Below, piece after piece: positions 27,749 through 36,557 of a stretch of DNA of 64,000 nt (positions are counted from its first letter, which is position 1; each line of letters starts with the position of its first letter). Position numbers and translations under genes: made by a program. The notes under the pieces are model-generated. The model was not told the DNA's origin, did not search any database, and saw only the letters and a list, made by a program, of their open reading frames with translations. The stretch comes from a virus (lineage: Duplodnaviria > Caudoviricetes): IMG/VR virus record IMGVR_UViG_3300012943_000004, positions 13,829 through 77,828 of that record; one strand, given 5' to 3'.

Positions 27749-29746
27749 ATGACAGACCCTTCAAGCAGGGTTGTCTCATTCTCGGAGCGCCGCAGGCAAC
27801 TTCAAGAAGAACGCGGACTACTCAAAGAAGATACAACTCATGCACCAAGCGAATATGTAGTTAATCCATTCGAGGGAAGCGAGAACAGTGAACCGTTAGA
27901 GATAACGCAAGCGATCGATCGGATCGATATTCTCGATGCATACAAGCGCTGGTGCGGCAAGTCTATTGATAAAGCCACAGCTAAGCGTCGAGAAGGAATC
28001 AAGATCTCGTGCCCAAAGCCGGATCATCCCGACACAGACCCATCGGCCTGGATTAACGCCGACAAGGGTGTCTGGTATTGCGGGGGTTGCCAGGAGGGTG
28101 GCGACAAGTTCGATATCGCAGCTTATCACTTCGGGTACGATGTTCCAGGTTATAAGACTGGACAGAACTTCCCAAAGCTTCGTCAAGAGATGGCCGAGTC
28201 GCTCGGAGTACTTGTCCGAAGAATAAATGGACAAACGTATGCAGTCGCTCCCGAAGAATCCATAGCGGAGGAGCCAGTCAAACCGGACACTCCGCTCGAA
28301 GCGGACACTCCTGACACACTGGACAATTCGGACAATTCGGACACTGCTCGGAACGCTCAGGATCCTGTGCAGGAAAATCCTGAGCAGCAGCCCGAGGGTT
28401 CTTTGGGACCAGTCGAATTAACTAACGTAGTCAACATCATGAGAAAGGACGACGTAGATGAGGACGAAGAATCTCTTCCTACCGTTTATCCTACGATCGA
28501 CTGGCGTTCCCTTGTACCGCACGACACTTTTCTACGAGACTACTTGGAAGCTTGCTCTAATGATGATTCTCCAGAAGAATACCACTTTTGGCACGGCCTA
28601 CTGGCCTTGGGGCACGCAGCGGGAAGGCGTGTAAAGTTAGATGATACTACACCAGTCTACGGCAACCTCCTTCTTTGTCTCCTCGGTGGCACTGGCTACG
28701 GCAAATCTCGTTCTCGCGGCTGGCTTAATAATGTCATTTCGAGAGTACTCCCGTTTAAAGACATTAGCTCTCAGACAACGGGCGTCAAGATCATTTCAAT
28801 CCCGGCTTCTGGCGAGTACCTTGTTCGCTCTTTCCAGCACACTGTTCTTGATCCGGGAAACCCTAAGATCGTCCTGGGCCAATCGCCCGTAAACGGAGTA
28901 GTTGACTTCGACGAGTTCGCAGCTTTGATGGGTCGCGCCCAGCGACAAGGCAATACGCTCAAAACAACTCTGATGCAGTTTGCCGACTGTCGCAACCGCG
29001 TAACAACAGGATCGTTGACTCATGGCGACTATATCGCAATCGATCCCTTCTGTTCGATCACAGCGACGACACAGCCCAAGGCCCTACGGTCTCTGCTAAC
29101 CCGGTATGATGCCGGGTCGGGTTTCTTGAATCGCTGGGTATTCGCGGGTGGCCCTCCTAAAGAGAGGGAAATCATCGGAGGGTCGCATTCGTCTAGAGTT
29201 ATCGATCTTGACGCAGCTTGCGAGAAATTAGAGCGAGTTCACGCTTGGGCCGCAGGTGGCCGAACAGTTGTTATGTCAGCGACCGGCCTGAAGGAGCTAA
29301 CGCGCTTCTTTAGAATCAGATTGTATCCGCAGCAACATCAGGATGATTCTGATCTACTCAAGCGCCTAGACCTTCTTTTTAAGAAGATCATCCTACTGTT
29401 TGCAATCAACGAGCACAAGCAGGAGGTCGGGCCAGAGTTAGTATATAAAGCCGAACAGCTGTTTGAGTACATCATTAATTGCTACGCGATTCTTGATACA
29501 GAAATCGGCGTTACACTTAGCCACGAGATTGTTGCAGACGTCTTGCGAGTAACAGAGCAGATTACAGACAAAAGTCGCCGTGGAGCATCTGCTCGTGATA
29601 TAACGCGGCAGCTAGCTAGAAAGAACTATCCGCCCGACCTACTCAAGAGAACGCTAGACAATATGATTGCTCTTGATCTAATCGAGATCGAAAAGCAACA
29701 CAAGGGTCCAGGGCGACCGACTATCAGATACCTGGTGGTGGCCTAA
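27749..29746 (+). CDS. Primase-type zinc-binding domain fused to a DUF3987-like P-loop helicase domain and a C-terminal winged helix
   Basis: CPKPDHPDTDPSAW...WYCGGCQEGGDKFD; GGTGYGKS Walker A; VDFDEF Walker B; GSGFLNRW. Confidence 0.8.
   Translation: MTDPSSRVVSFSERRRQLQEERGLLKEDTTHAPSEYVVNPFEGSENSEPLEITQAIDRIDILDAYKRWCGKSIDKATAKRREGIKISCPKPDHPDTDPSAWINADKGVWYCGGCQEGGDKFDIAAYHFGYDVPGYKTGQNFPKLRQEMAESLGVLVRRINGQTYAVAPEESIAEEPVKPDTPLEADTPDTLDNSDNSDTARNAQDPVQENPEQQPEGSLGPVELTNVVNIMRKDDVDEDEESLPTVYPTIDWRSLVPHDTFLRDYLEACSNDDSPEEYHFWHGLLALGHAAGRRVKLDDTTPVYGNLLLCLLGGTGYGKSRSRGWLNNVISRVLPFKDISSQTTGVKIISIPASGEYLVRSFQHTVLDPGNPKIVLGQSPVNGVVDFDEFAALMGRAQRQGNTLKTTLMQFADCRNRVTTGSLTHGDYIAIDPFCSITATTQPKALRSLLTRYDAGSGFLNRWVFAGGPPKEREIIGGSHSSRVIDLDAACEKLERVHAWAAGGRTVVMSATGLKELTRFFRIRLYPQQHQDDSDLLKRLDLLFKKIILLFAINEHKQEVGPELVYKAEQLFEYIINCYAILDTEIGVTLSHEIVADVLRVTEQITDKSRRGASARDITRQLARKNYPPDLLKRTLDNMIALDLIEIEKQHKGPGRPTIRYLVVA
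28284..28345 (+). repeat. Clustered GGACA(C/A)T iteration in the helicase linker
   Basis: Five GGACA and one TGACA within 62 bp (encodes DTPLEADTPDTLDNSDNSDT). Confidence 0.7.
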
Positions 29747-30060
29747 TGACTATGCGGCCAGACGTAGAAACCACTAGTCTCACTGAGGACTTCCTAGACG
29801 AGCTTTGGGCTGAGATCATCAAAGAGTTACTCGACCCGAAGCTAACCAAGTGGACTCACGGCAATTACAGAACTTATGTCAAGGGATGCCGCGGCCCTGT
29901 CTGTAGCAAGGGTACGCGCGATTATTACCATACTAAGCAGCCCTCTTCCCAAAAGCGAGCTCGGTACGCCGAGCTTGATCCTATCATTGATATCTTCGAG
30001 GAGGCAGGGAAGCGCGCTATCTTGCGTGCCCACGCCGGTATCCTGGAAAGGCTTACCTAA
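29746..30060 (+). CDS. Hypothetical protein with HG..TY..GCR..C metal-binding motif
   Basis: HGNYRTYVKGCRGPVC; TAATG coupling. Confidence 0.75.
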   Translation: MTMRPDVETTSLTEDFLDELWAEIIKELLDPKLTKWTHGNYRTYVKGCRGPVCSKGTRDYYHTKQPSSQKRARYAELDPIIDIFEEAGKRAILRAHAGILERLT

Positions 30061-30329
30061 TGTCAAACCTTCTTAACAACAACACTCACTATACCGGCCC
30101 GGAGATCGACGTAGACGGATTACTAAGAATGAGGTGCGCCTGGTGCGGAACTAAGCTCTTTGAAACACAGCTACCCACTGGCAACGGTGGACCAGTACAG
30201 GATTCACCGTTTCCGCCGCCTGGGATCTTCGTAAAGTTCTCCGACCTCGAGATCATGCCAATCAGCGTACCTCCGGGCCAGATCCCAGCTGACTCCTGTA
30301 TGCGACTAGACAACCTGTTCACCAACTAA
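30060..30329 (+). CDS. Hypothetical protein (CxxC)
   Basis: 89 aa; TAATG coupling. Confidence 0.7.
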   Translation: MSNLLNNNTHYTGPEIDVDGLLRMRCAWCGTKLFETQLPTGNGGPVQDSPFPPPGIFVKFSDLEIMPISVPPGQIPADSCMRLDNLFTN

Positions 30330-30341
30330 GAAAGAAGTAAT

Positions 30342-31079
30342 ATGTCAGACACCACACAGCCTGACCCTATGCAGGGCAAGATCGATATCTCGACCAATGA
30401 AGATATCCTAATCCTAGCGAACCACAGTCCCGAGGTTCCCCAAGAGTCTCTTGGTGCGCTCAGGGGCACAGTTTGTATGCTCTGCGAGGTAAAGCGCACT
30501 GAGCACAAGGTGTTCAGCGGCGAGACCGTTGCCTACACAACGCCAGTAATCAGGGGCCTAGAAAGCCTGGTAGGCCACTACAAGAGGGTCCATCCGGGCG
30601 AAGATCTTGTCTACGCGCAGGTGAGTCCCGACGCTGTATATCAGGCAAAACTACAGAAGCCTAAGTCTCCTACAAAGAACGACTACGACGTGCCGGGCGG
30701 CTCAATGCCGCTCATTATCGAGCACGGCCTGTCTCGTCTACAGCGCTTCGTAAAGGAGTGGTCAGAACACAACTTCCCCAACAGCGCGTCCCACAGGCCG
30801 ACTATCGGGGTCAGTGAAGAGATCGGAGAGCTTGTCGCCGCGCTCGTCGTGGCGAACGGCAAGCTGTCTCACGCAACGCTCAAGGCTGACCAGAATATCC
30901 GAGGCACCACCGAAGAGCACGCGCTTGAAGCGCAGGATGCTGTCGGGGATATTCTGATCTATCTGCTACACCTGTGTGTTGTCAAGGAGTGGAGCATGGC
31001 AGAGATCATGGCGGGAGTTATCAAAGAGCTCTGCGAGAGGGACTGGATCAACTTCCCTCTAAACGGTAAGACAGAGTAG
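30342..31079 (+). CDS. MazG-like nucleotide pyrophosphohydrolase (C-terminal) with an unknown N-terminal domain
   Basis: SEEIGEL...DAVGDILIYL acidic motif. Confidence 0.78.
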   Translation: MSDTTQPDPMQGKIDISTNEDILILANHSPEVPQESLGALRGTVCMLCEVKRTEHKVFSGETVAYTTPVIRGLESLVGHYKRVHPGEDLVYAQVSPDAVYQAKLQKPKSPTKNDYDVPGGSMPLIIEHGLSRLQRFVKEWSEHNFPNSASHRPTIGVSEEIGELVAALVVANGKLSHATLKADQNIRGTTEEHALEAQDAVGDILIYLLHLCVVKEWSMAEIMAGVIKELCERDWINFPLNGKTE

Positions 31080-31105
31080 AAACTACAAGCAGGGAGAGGT
31101 TAGAA

Positions 31106-31600
31106 ATGACAGCTACAGACAAAGAAAAGATCCAAATCGCCGCGAACCTGGGGATCAAGATGCCCTTCCGCGCGATGAAGGTTTCCCACGCGGTGCCGAT
31201 TCCTTACGGGGTTCTGTGTGCGTTCCTCGAGCAGGAATCTGGCGGCGGCCAGAACATTTACGGCCACGATCCGGGCTGGTTCTGCGGCAAGGGTCCGGTC
31301 ACCCGCGAAAATTACGCGGTCTACAAGGCGGGCCGCGCGGCGCACAACTCGCAGGGAGTCGGCCCAATGCAGCTGACTTACTACGCTTTTCAGGATCGCG
31401 CCGACGCGCTGGGCGGCTGCTGGAGGCCGTACGTCAACATGCTGGTCGGCGCGCAGATTCTGAAAGAGTACTTCGTAAAGTACAAAACCTGGCACCTCGC
31501 AGCCTACCATTACAACGGTTCGGGCGAAGCCGCCGAGAGGTACGCCGACGCTGTGACCGAAAAGATCAAGAAGTACGTTTCCCGTATGCAGGCCGACTAG
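31106..31600 (+). CDS. Lysozyme-like lytic transglycosylase (candidate endolysin)
   Basis: LEQESGG catalytic Glu, GVGPMQL, NMLVGAQILK, AAYHYNG. Confidence 0.8.
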   Translation: MTATDKEKIQIAANLGIKMPFRAMKVSHAVPIPYGVLCAFLEQESGGGQNIYGHDPGWFCGKGPVTRENYAVYKAGRAAHNSQGVGPMQLTYYAFQDRADALGGCWRPYVNMLVGAQILKEYFVKYKTWHLAAYHYNGSGEAAERYADAVTEKIKKYVSRMQAD

Positions 31601-31627
31601 ACTGGATTAGTTTCTAGAAAAACCAAG

Positions 31628-31684
31628 AATAGGCTGGTTTCTGGATAGAATCTGTCTAGAAACCAGCCTATTTCTTTGTCTTTT
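31628..31684 (+). terminator. Intrinsic terminator after the lysin gene
   Basis: AATAGGCTGGTTTCTGGA / TCTAGAAACCAGCCTATT stem followed by a T-rich tract. Confidence 0.8.
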
Positions 31685-31812
31685 TCAGTAAAATACTACT
31701 AAACCAGTACACATACTCCATCTTATAGTTAGTCTTGTGTTCGGCCAAGGATCGGTGGATATGCTCCACCGCTTTTGGCTAAGAGGTGGAGCATATTCGT
31801 AGAAAAAGCAAC

Positions 31813-32311
31813 TGTTGACAATATTATTGAAGTCCAAACGGATGTTGACAATATTCTTACGACTGGTGTTTTTTCAAAGATTGTAAGGGGCATTTGACGG
31901 GGGTAGTCCTTACTAAGAATATTGGCAACGGGCTGCCTATTTCGTCAACGCTTACCCCCTCCTGTTGACGAAATGTTGCCAATATTCCTTGCTCCACCGC
32001 GCCATAAAAAACCCCAGGTCAGCGTAGTGGAGCACGGTTTCAGGGTGATGATAAATCGGACATTTCGAATTAATTATGGCAACGGGATCGGACCCTCCCT
32101 CACTCCCCCCTGAAATACGTTTTGACTTGGGGTCTCTTAAAGATGTGGGGACATTGGGAAAATCAAAGATGGATTCGGCCATGACCGGATAACTAGACCC
32201 TGCCGATAACACGAAGGGATCACGGTAGGGTGTTGTGTGCTGCCAATACCCATATATATGTACCTAAACCCCCTTTGACCTGCATATATATATGTCAACA
32301 ATTATGGCAAC
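31813..32311. repeat. Dispersed GTTG(A/C)CA(A/T)A(T/A)TT repeat array in an AT-rich non-coding region
   Basis: Copies at 31814, 31844, 31918 (rc), 31975, 32072 (rc), 32300 (rc); (AT)n runs near 32250 and 32283; hairpin at 31759-31796. Confidence 0.8.
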
Positions 32312-33270
32312 ATATCGTCTACGGTTACGTCAACATGCATGTCATAATTAGTATCTTATAAAATCGACTGTATTTTCCCAATCCCTGGGTGACAGGATTA
32401 GCTAGTATACGGGACGTCTTTGGGGTCTTTAGAATGAGAGAACTTTGGCGAAAATATTCTGTGCACAGAAGAGTGGCTAAGTGTTGCGCGCGACCGGGGG
32501 GTCGGGATTTTATCTCAAACCGGACAGATCGCCCATCTCGGTCATTCGAGGGCATTTCGGACATGCAGCCGTAACGGGACAGACGTACTATCCGGCCCGA
32601 TAATGCCCATTATCGGGCCGGATCGGGCCATCTTTGTGCAATCTCGGACAATTCGGACTTCGAACGCGCGTTCTAGTTCGCGCCACGCCACGCCACGGGA
32701 TCATGTCGGACATGTCCGACTTTGTCCATCTTTGTCCTATAGTTTACGCAAAAGATATGATAAGATAACCAACCGCGCGCGCCGATCGTTCGATGTCCGT
32801 TTCGTACCACTCTGTACTAGATGCCCGTTTTGCTATACATCGCACCTTTTTGTCACAGTTTACGGTAGTTCGGCTAGGTCGGGACTATTCGAACAACTAT
32901 TCGAGAGACAAAACGGACTTTCCACCCATAACGGATTCGGACATTTCGCCACATAATTTCGGGGCAACTCGGACATACCGGACTTCCCACACTAAACGGA
33001 CTCGTACGTCTGTTCGAATAAAACCAAACCGTGTCCGTTTTGTCTCGAACTGTCCGTTTTGTCTTCGAACACAATGTCACGGTTGCATAACATCGCGTGT
33101 CCGTTTTGCCCTACTTTGCACCAGTACGACATACAACGTCCCTCTTTGTACCGAGTTAGGCTGGTCGCGTGCGACCAACCGAATCCGTCCGAAAGAGCGC
33201 CTACGCGCGCGCCGATCTAACGCGCGCGCCGATCCACGAAAACGGACTTTCTACCCGAAAGGCACAAACC

Positions 33271-33567
33271 ATGACAACCGTCTCAACACCGACCCATGCG
33301 GACATTCTGTCCTACATGGGTCAGACCGTGACAATCCGTTACATGAAGACATATAACGGACTCGGCGCGACACAACACACCGTAACGGGCTACATGACCA
33401 ACTCGGACATTGACGACATCCCGTCTGTAATCGTCCTAGACAGCCCAAACGGGACTTGGTTGCCATTAGCGGCCATTCTCGACATCAAGCCCGAATCGGA
33501 CATCTCGGACGGGCCTTCATGGTTCGATGGATGGTCCGACGACGGTTCGGTGTTCGTCGGCATCTAG
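33271..33567 (+). CDS. Hypothetical early protein (MTTVSTPTHAD...)
   Basis: GAAAGG RBS before the ATG at 33271. Confidence 0.75.
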   Translation: MTTVSTPTHADILSYMGQTVTIRYMKTYNGLGATQHTVTGYMTNSDIDDIPSVIVLDSPNGTWLPLAAILDIKPESDISDGPSWFDGWSDDGSVFVGI

Positions 33568-33672
33568 GTCGCGCGCGTGGCGCCGAACCCGCCAAAACGG
33601 ACTTTCGGCGCCTAACGGACGATCTAGCCAAACCCGGCCAGAACGCCACAATCCACCTGAAAGGTGCGAATC

Positions 33673-34431
33673 ATGTCGGAACAGACAATCTCCCCGGAAT
33701 CGACCGAATCGGCCGAATCGACCGAATCGACCGAAACCGCCCAGGTCGACCCAAAGGCCGCATGGGCGGCATTCGTCGCAGACCTGCACAACATGGACAT
33801 CTCGGACATCACCGACCGAATCACCGCGCGCTACGGCGACGCCGACCGATCCGGCAAGGCCCGAATCCGGGCATCGGTGGCGGACCTACGGGACGCCGCC
33901 ATCGAATCGGGTGACCTGATCCGGGCGATGGTCTACGTCAACCTGTCGAAAACCCTCAAGTCCGATTCGTCCAAGAAGTCCGAAATCGACCCGAACGTCT
34001 GGGTTGTCGCGAGAGTCGCAACCCTACGGTTGGCGGCCGACCTGTTGGAATCCGGGGCATACGGTCCAACAGCCGGAACCGTCACCGCGCAACCGTTGGA
34101 CGAAAACGGACAGATCGTCCTTTCCGCCCAGATCATCGCAGACGCCACAATCATGGCATCCCAGGCAATCGTGACGAAGCGGGGCGATGTACCAGATTTC
34201 ATCGCATTCGCCATGAACAACCTCGAAGCGGACGTTTGGCACAAAGTGTCCGCAATCGGGCGGATCGACCAGAACGGATATTCGCCATCATCTGGTGCAA
34301 TCTCCGCATCCATCGCAACTCTCCGCGAATCCGGCAAACTGGACGAAATGGGACTTTCCTACACGGACAGCCCGAACGTCGCACTACGTCGCAACTCGGA
34401 CGACACGGACAACGCGCCTGAATCGGACTAA
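33673..34431 (+). CDS. Putative DNA-binding protein (PSSGAISA HTH-like family, copy A)
   Basis: GAAAGG RBS; aligns by eye with the 40753-41703 protein in both its helical and C-terminal domains. Confidence 0.7.
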   Translation: MSEQTISPESTESAESTESTETAQVDPKAAWAAFVADLHNMDISDITDRITARYGDADRSGKARIRASVADLRDAAIESGDLIRAMVYVNLSKTLKSDSSKKSEIDPNVWVVARVATLRLAADLLESGAYGPTAGTVTAQPLDENGQIVLSAQIIADATIMASQAIVTKRGDVPDFIAFAMNNLEADVWHKVSAIGRIDQNGYSPSSGAISASIATLRESGKLDEMGLSYTDSPNVALRRNSDDTDNAPESD

Positions 34432-34893
34432 CCCGACACGCGACTACCCGAACCGCCTACCGTTCCCAACGGTAGGCGGTTCGTCGCTTCCTATGCCACG
34501 TGGCACGCGCTAGGCGCCGATCTAACGGGCCAACAGCCATAGCGGGTACGCGGATACCCGCCACGGTAAAGAGGCCCGTAAAACGGCACCTAGCGCGTGC
34601 CACGTGGCGCGCCGCTAGCGGCGCGCGTCGCCCGATCCGGCCTAGCCGCAATCCAGACAAAACGGACTTTCCGGCCGTACCGTGACAAATCGGTACAAAA
34701 CAGTCACATCCACCTTTCTAGCCCATTCAGGTCAAAACGGACAGTCGTTCGTAGACCTGAATGGGCTAGAAAGTGGGACGTTGGCGCAAAGTCGCCCTGT
34801 TCCACACAGGTTAGCCCTTGAGTCTGGCTAACCGAAATAAACCTGGGTCCACACGGATTCAGGTCCATTCTCGTTTTTAGGAGGCAATCTTTC

Positions 34894-35154
34894 ATGCCAC
34901 GGTTCGAATACGAGGTGCAGGATCAGCTCGTTGGGATCTTGCAGTTCTACGCTCCCACAGGCGCCGAGCAGGCGCTCGTCTCGCAGATGGTCTGGGACAT
35001 GTTCCAAGACATCGAAACTGGCGGCGACCGCCAGGTGGTTATCCGCAAGCTCGTCGGCGTTCTGCACGACGGTCTGCAGCACGGAAACTGGCCGTGGACA
35101 CAGTACACGGTCACCGACCCCACCGACCCCGACCAGAACGACCCCGACGACTGA
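34894..35154 (+). CDS. Hypothetical protein
   Basis: 86 aa; AGGAGG RBS. Confidence 0.8.
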   Translation: MPRFEYEVQDQLVGILQFYAPTGAEQALVSQMVWDMFQDIETGGDRQVVIRKLVGVLHDGLQHGNWPWTQYTVTDPTDPDQNDPDD

Positions 35155-35167
35155 ACCGATCTAGCCA

Positions 35168-35251
35168 TAGCCCGCCAGGTTTGAAACAACCTGGCGGGCT
35201 ACGGCTGTATCGTATACAGTCGGAACCAACCGAGCTTTAGGAGGCTCCAGA
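35168..35251 (+). promoter_or_regulatory. Repeated hairpin leader, copy 1
   Basis: 14-bp perfect IR TAGCCCGCCAGGTT/AACCTGGCGGGCTA, a second small hairpin, then GAGCT..AGGAGGCTC. Confidence 0.75.
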
Positions 35252-35590
35252 ATGGCAGAATTCGAGGTGTTGCGCGAGGTATGGCGCATCACAGAGTACC
35301 GTAACGGCGATGTCTACCGTACTGAGTACGTCGAGGACAGATGGTCCGACAGCGGCGTCTTCGGTAGGCCGGACGACGACGACCAGGATCTGATCTGGGT
35401 TACCAAGTCCGACCCCAACGTGCAGGTCATTCGCAGGAAGGTCGACCCGACAACAGTCCTAGTCGACTGTGGTGGCGACTTCACCTGGGTCAATCACCTT
35501 CGAGAGCGGGATGGCACGCAGGGCAACTGCTATCGGTGCGGCGAGATCGTCCTGTGGGACACCGATGAGCGCGCCTGGGATCACTCATGA
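35252..35590 (+). CDS. Hypothetical protein with a C-terminal zinc ribbon
   Basis: DCGG...CYRCG; strong RBS. Confidence 0.8.
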   Translation: MAEFEVLREVWRITEYRNGDVYRTEYVEDRWSDSGVFGRPDDDDQDLIWVTKSDPNVQVIRRKVDPTTVLVDCGGDFTWVNHLRERDGTQGNCYRCGEIVLWDTDERAWDHS

Positions 35591-35805
35591 GCAGGCGCCC
35601 TGCACGTCCGCACAGGAAACTGACCACCGACCAGGCGATCATGTTGCATCGTTCTGCGGTCGCGGCTAACGAACGGAAGCGTGACTTTGTCGGCCGTGAG
35701 TGGCCGTACGAAGAAGAGCTGATGTTCCGTGCCGAGGACGGCGACCAGGCTGCCCTCGAGTACATGGAAGAGCACCTGGCTCCCTGGATGACACCTGCCA
35801 GCTAG
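35587..35805 (+). CDS. Hypothetical protein
   Basis: 72 aa; ATGA overlap. Confidence 0.75.
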   Translation: MSRRPARPHRKLTTDQAIMLHRSAVAANERKRDFVGREWPYEEELMFRAEDGDQAALEYMEEHLAPWMTPAS

Positions 35806-35812
35806 CTCCCGC

Positions 35813-35899
35813 CATAGTCTGTCGGGTTAGAAATAACCTGGCAGGCTATGGGTGCGCTATCTGTTCACCCATTCGAATCAAGAGCTATAGGAGGCTCGC
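35813..35899 (+). promoter_or_regulatory. Repeated hairpin leader, copy 2
   Basis: CATAGTCTGTCGGGTT/AACCTGGCAGGCTATG 16-bp stem with three G-U pairs, then AAGAGCTATAGGAGGCTC. Confidence 0.75.
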
Positions 35900-36112
35900 A
35901 TGAAGATCCGAAAGGTCACCTTCAGTACGCCGTTCGGCGAGAAAACGGAAAAGATCCGCGTTCTCTCGCACAACGAGAGTATGCCGCCAGGATACTGGCG
36001 GGAGTTCGGTATCGTCCGAGGCGACTGCGGCTACGGCTGCAAGGTCTATCGTCGCTTCGACACAGGCTCCCTCATCGTGTGCCACAACTCCAGCTACGGC
36101 TGCAGCGCATGA
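35900..36112 (+). CDS. Hypothetical protein (Cys/His-containing)
   Basis: 70 aa; strong RBS. Confidence 0.8.
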   Translation: MKIRKVTFSTPFGEKTEKIRVLSHNESMPPGYWREFGIVRGDCGYGCKVYRRFDTGSLIVCHNSSYGCSA

Positions 36113-36450
36113 CACACTACTCGATCCTTCTCGACGAGATTTCTCGCGGGGAATATGACCTCGACCTCGACCGCATCGAAGAGATGATCCGGTCCCGCAA
36201 GAAGGCCTTGGCGTATGACGCCACAGCCCGACTCGAGATTGGCGACACGTTCGTTGTCAAGAACTGCTCCCCGAAATATTGGGAGGGAGTCCGGGTCAAG
36301 TTCGTCATGCATGACGGCGCCTGGCTCGTGTGCCTGGTTGACAGCTGGTACACGGTCAATGGAAAGTACAAGAAGGGCGACCGCGTGAGGTTCCGCCCGG
36401 AGCACGTGTCAGAGATCGTCAAGTTCGCAGATCAGCCGGAGCCGAGATGA
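36109..36450 (+). CDS. Hypothetical protein (SH3/KOW-like beta domain)
   Basis: ATGA-coupled start MTHYSILL; LEIGDTFVV...YKKGDRVRF. Confidence 0.7.
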   Translation: MTHYSILLDEISRGEYDLDLDRIEEMIRSRKKALAYDATARLEIGDTFVVKNCSPKYWEGVRVKFVMHDGAWLVCLVDSWYTVNGKYKKGDRVRFRPEHVSEIVKFADQPEPR

Positions 36451-36557
36451 TCGGCTGGCTGTTCTTCATCGTTCTTTCGGTATGGCTCCCTGTGGCCGTA
36501 CTTCACGTCCGTTGGTCACTCAACGGCACCTACCAGAAATGGGGTAAGAAGTCATGA
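36447..36557 (+). CDS. Small membrane protein (36 aa)
   Basis: MIGWLFFIVLSVWLPVAVLHVRW...; ATGA overlaps at both ends; below the ORF-track cutoff. Confidence 0.65.
   Translation: MIGWLFFIVLSVWLPVAVLHVRWSLNGTYQKWGKKS

Larger units (their letters stand above)
32520..34746. repeat. CGGAC/GTCCG-enriched island containing AAAACGGACTTTC x4 and CGCGCGCGCCGATC x3
   Basis: 13-mer at 32910, 33239, 33594, 34659; 14-mer at 32774, 33204, 33221; palindrome GTCGGACATGTCCGAC at 32705-32720. Confidence 0.85.

Noticed and set aside
31815-31870. Tandem sigma-70 promoters from the two TTGACA hexamers
   Set aside because: No TAnnnT at 16-18 bp downstream of either; treated as repeat boxes instead
32057-32312. 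dif-like XerCD sites (ATTATGGCAAC resembles a XerD arm)
   Set aside because: No XerC-arm match at the required 6-bp spacing in either copy
32793-33356. 187-aa Arg-rich ORF and other short ORFs in 31.9-33.3 kb
   Set aside because: No RBS, and the composition simply reflects the CGGAC repeat field; the region is better explained as non-coding
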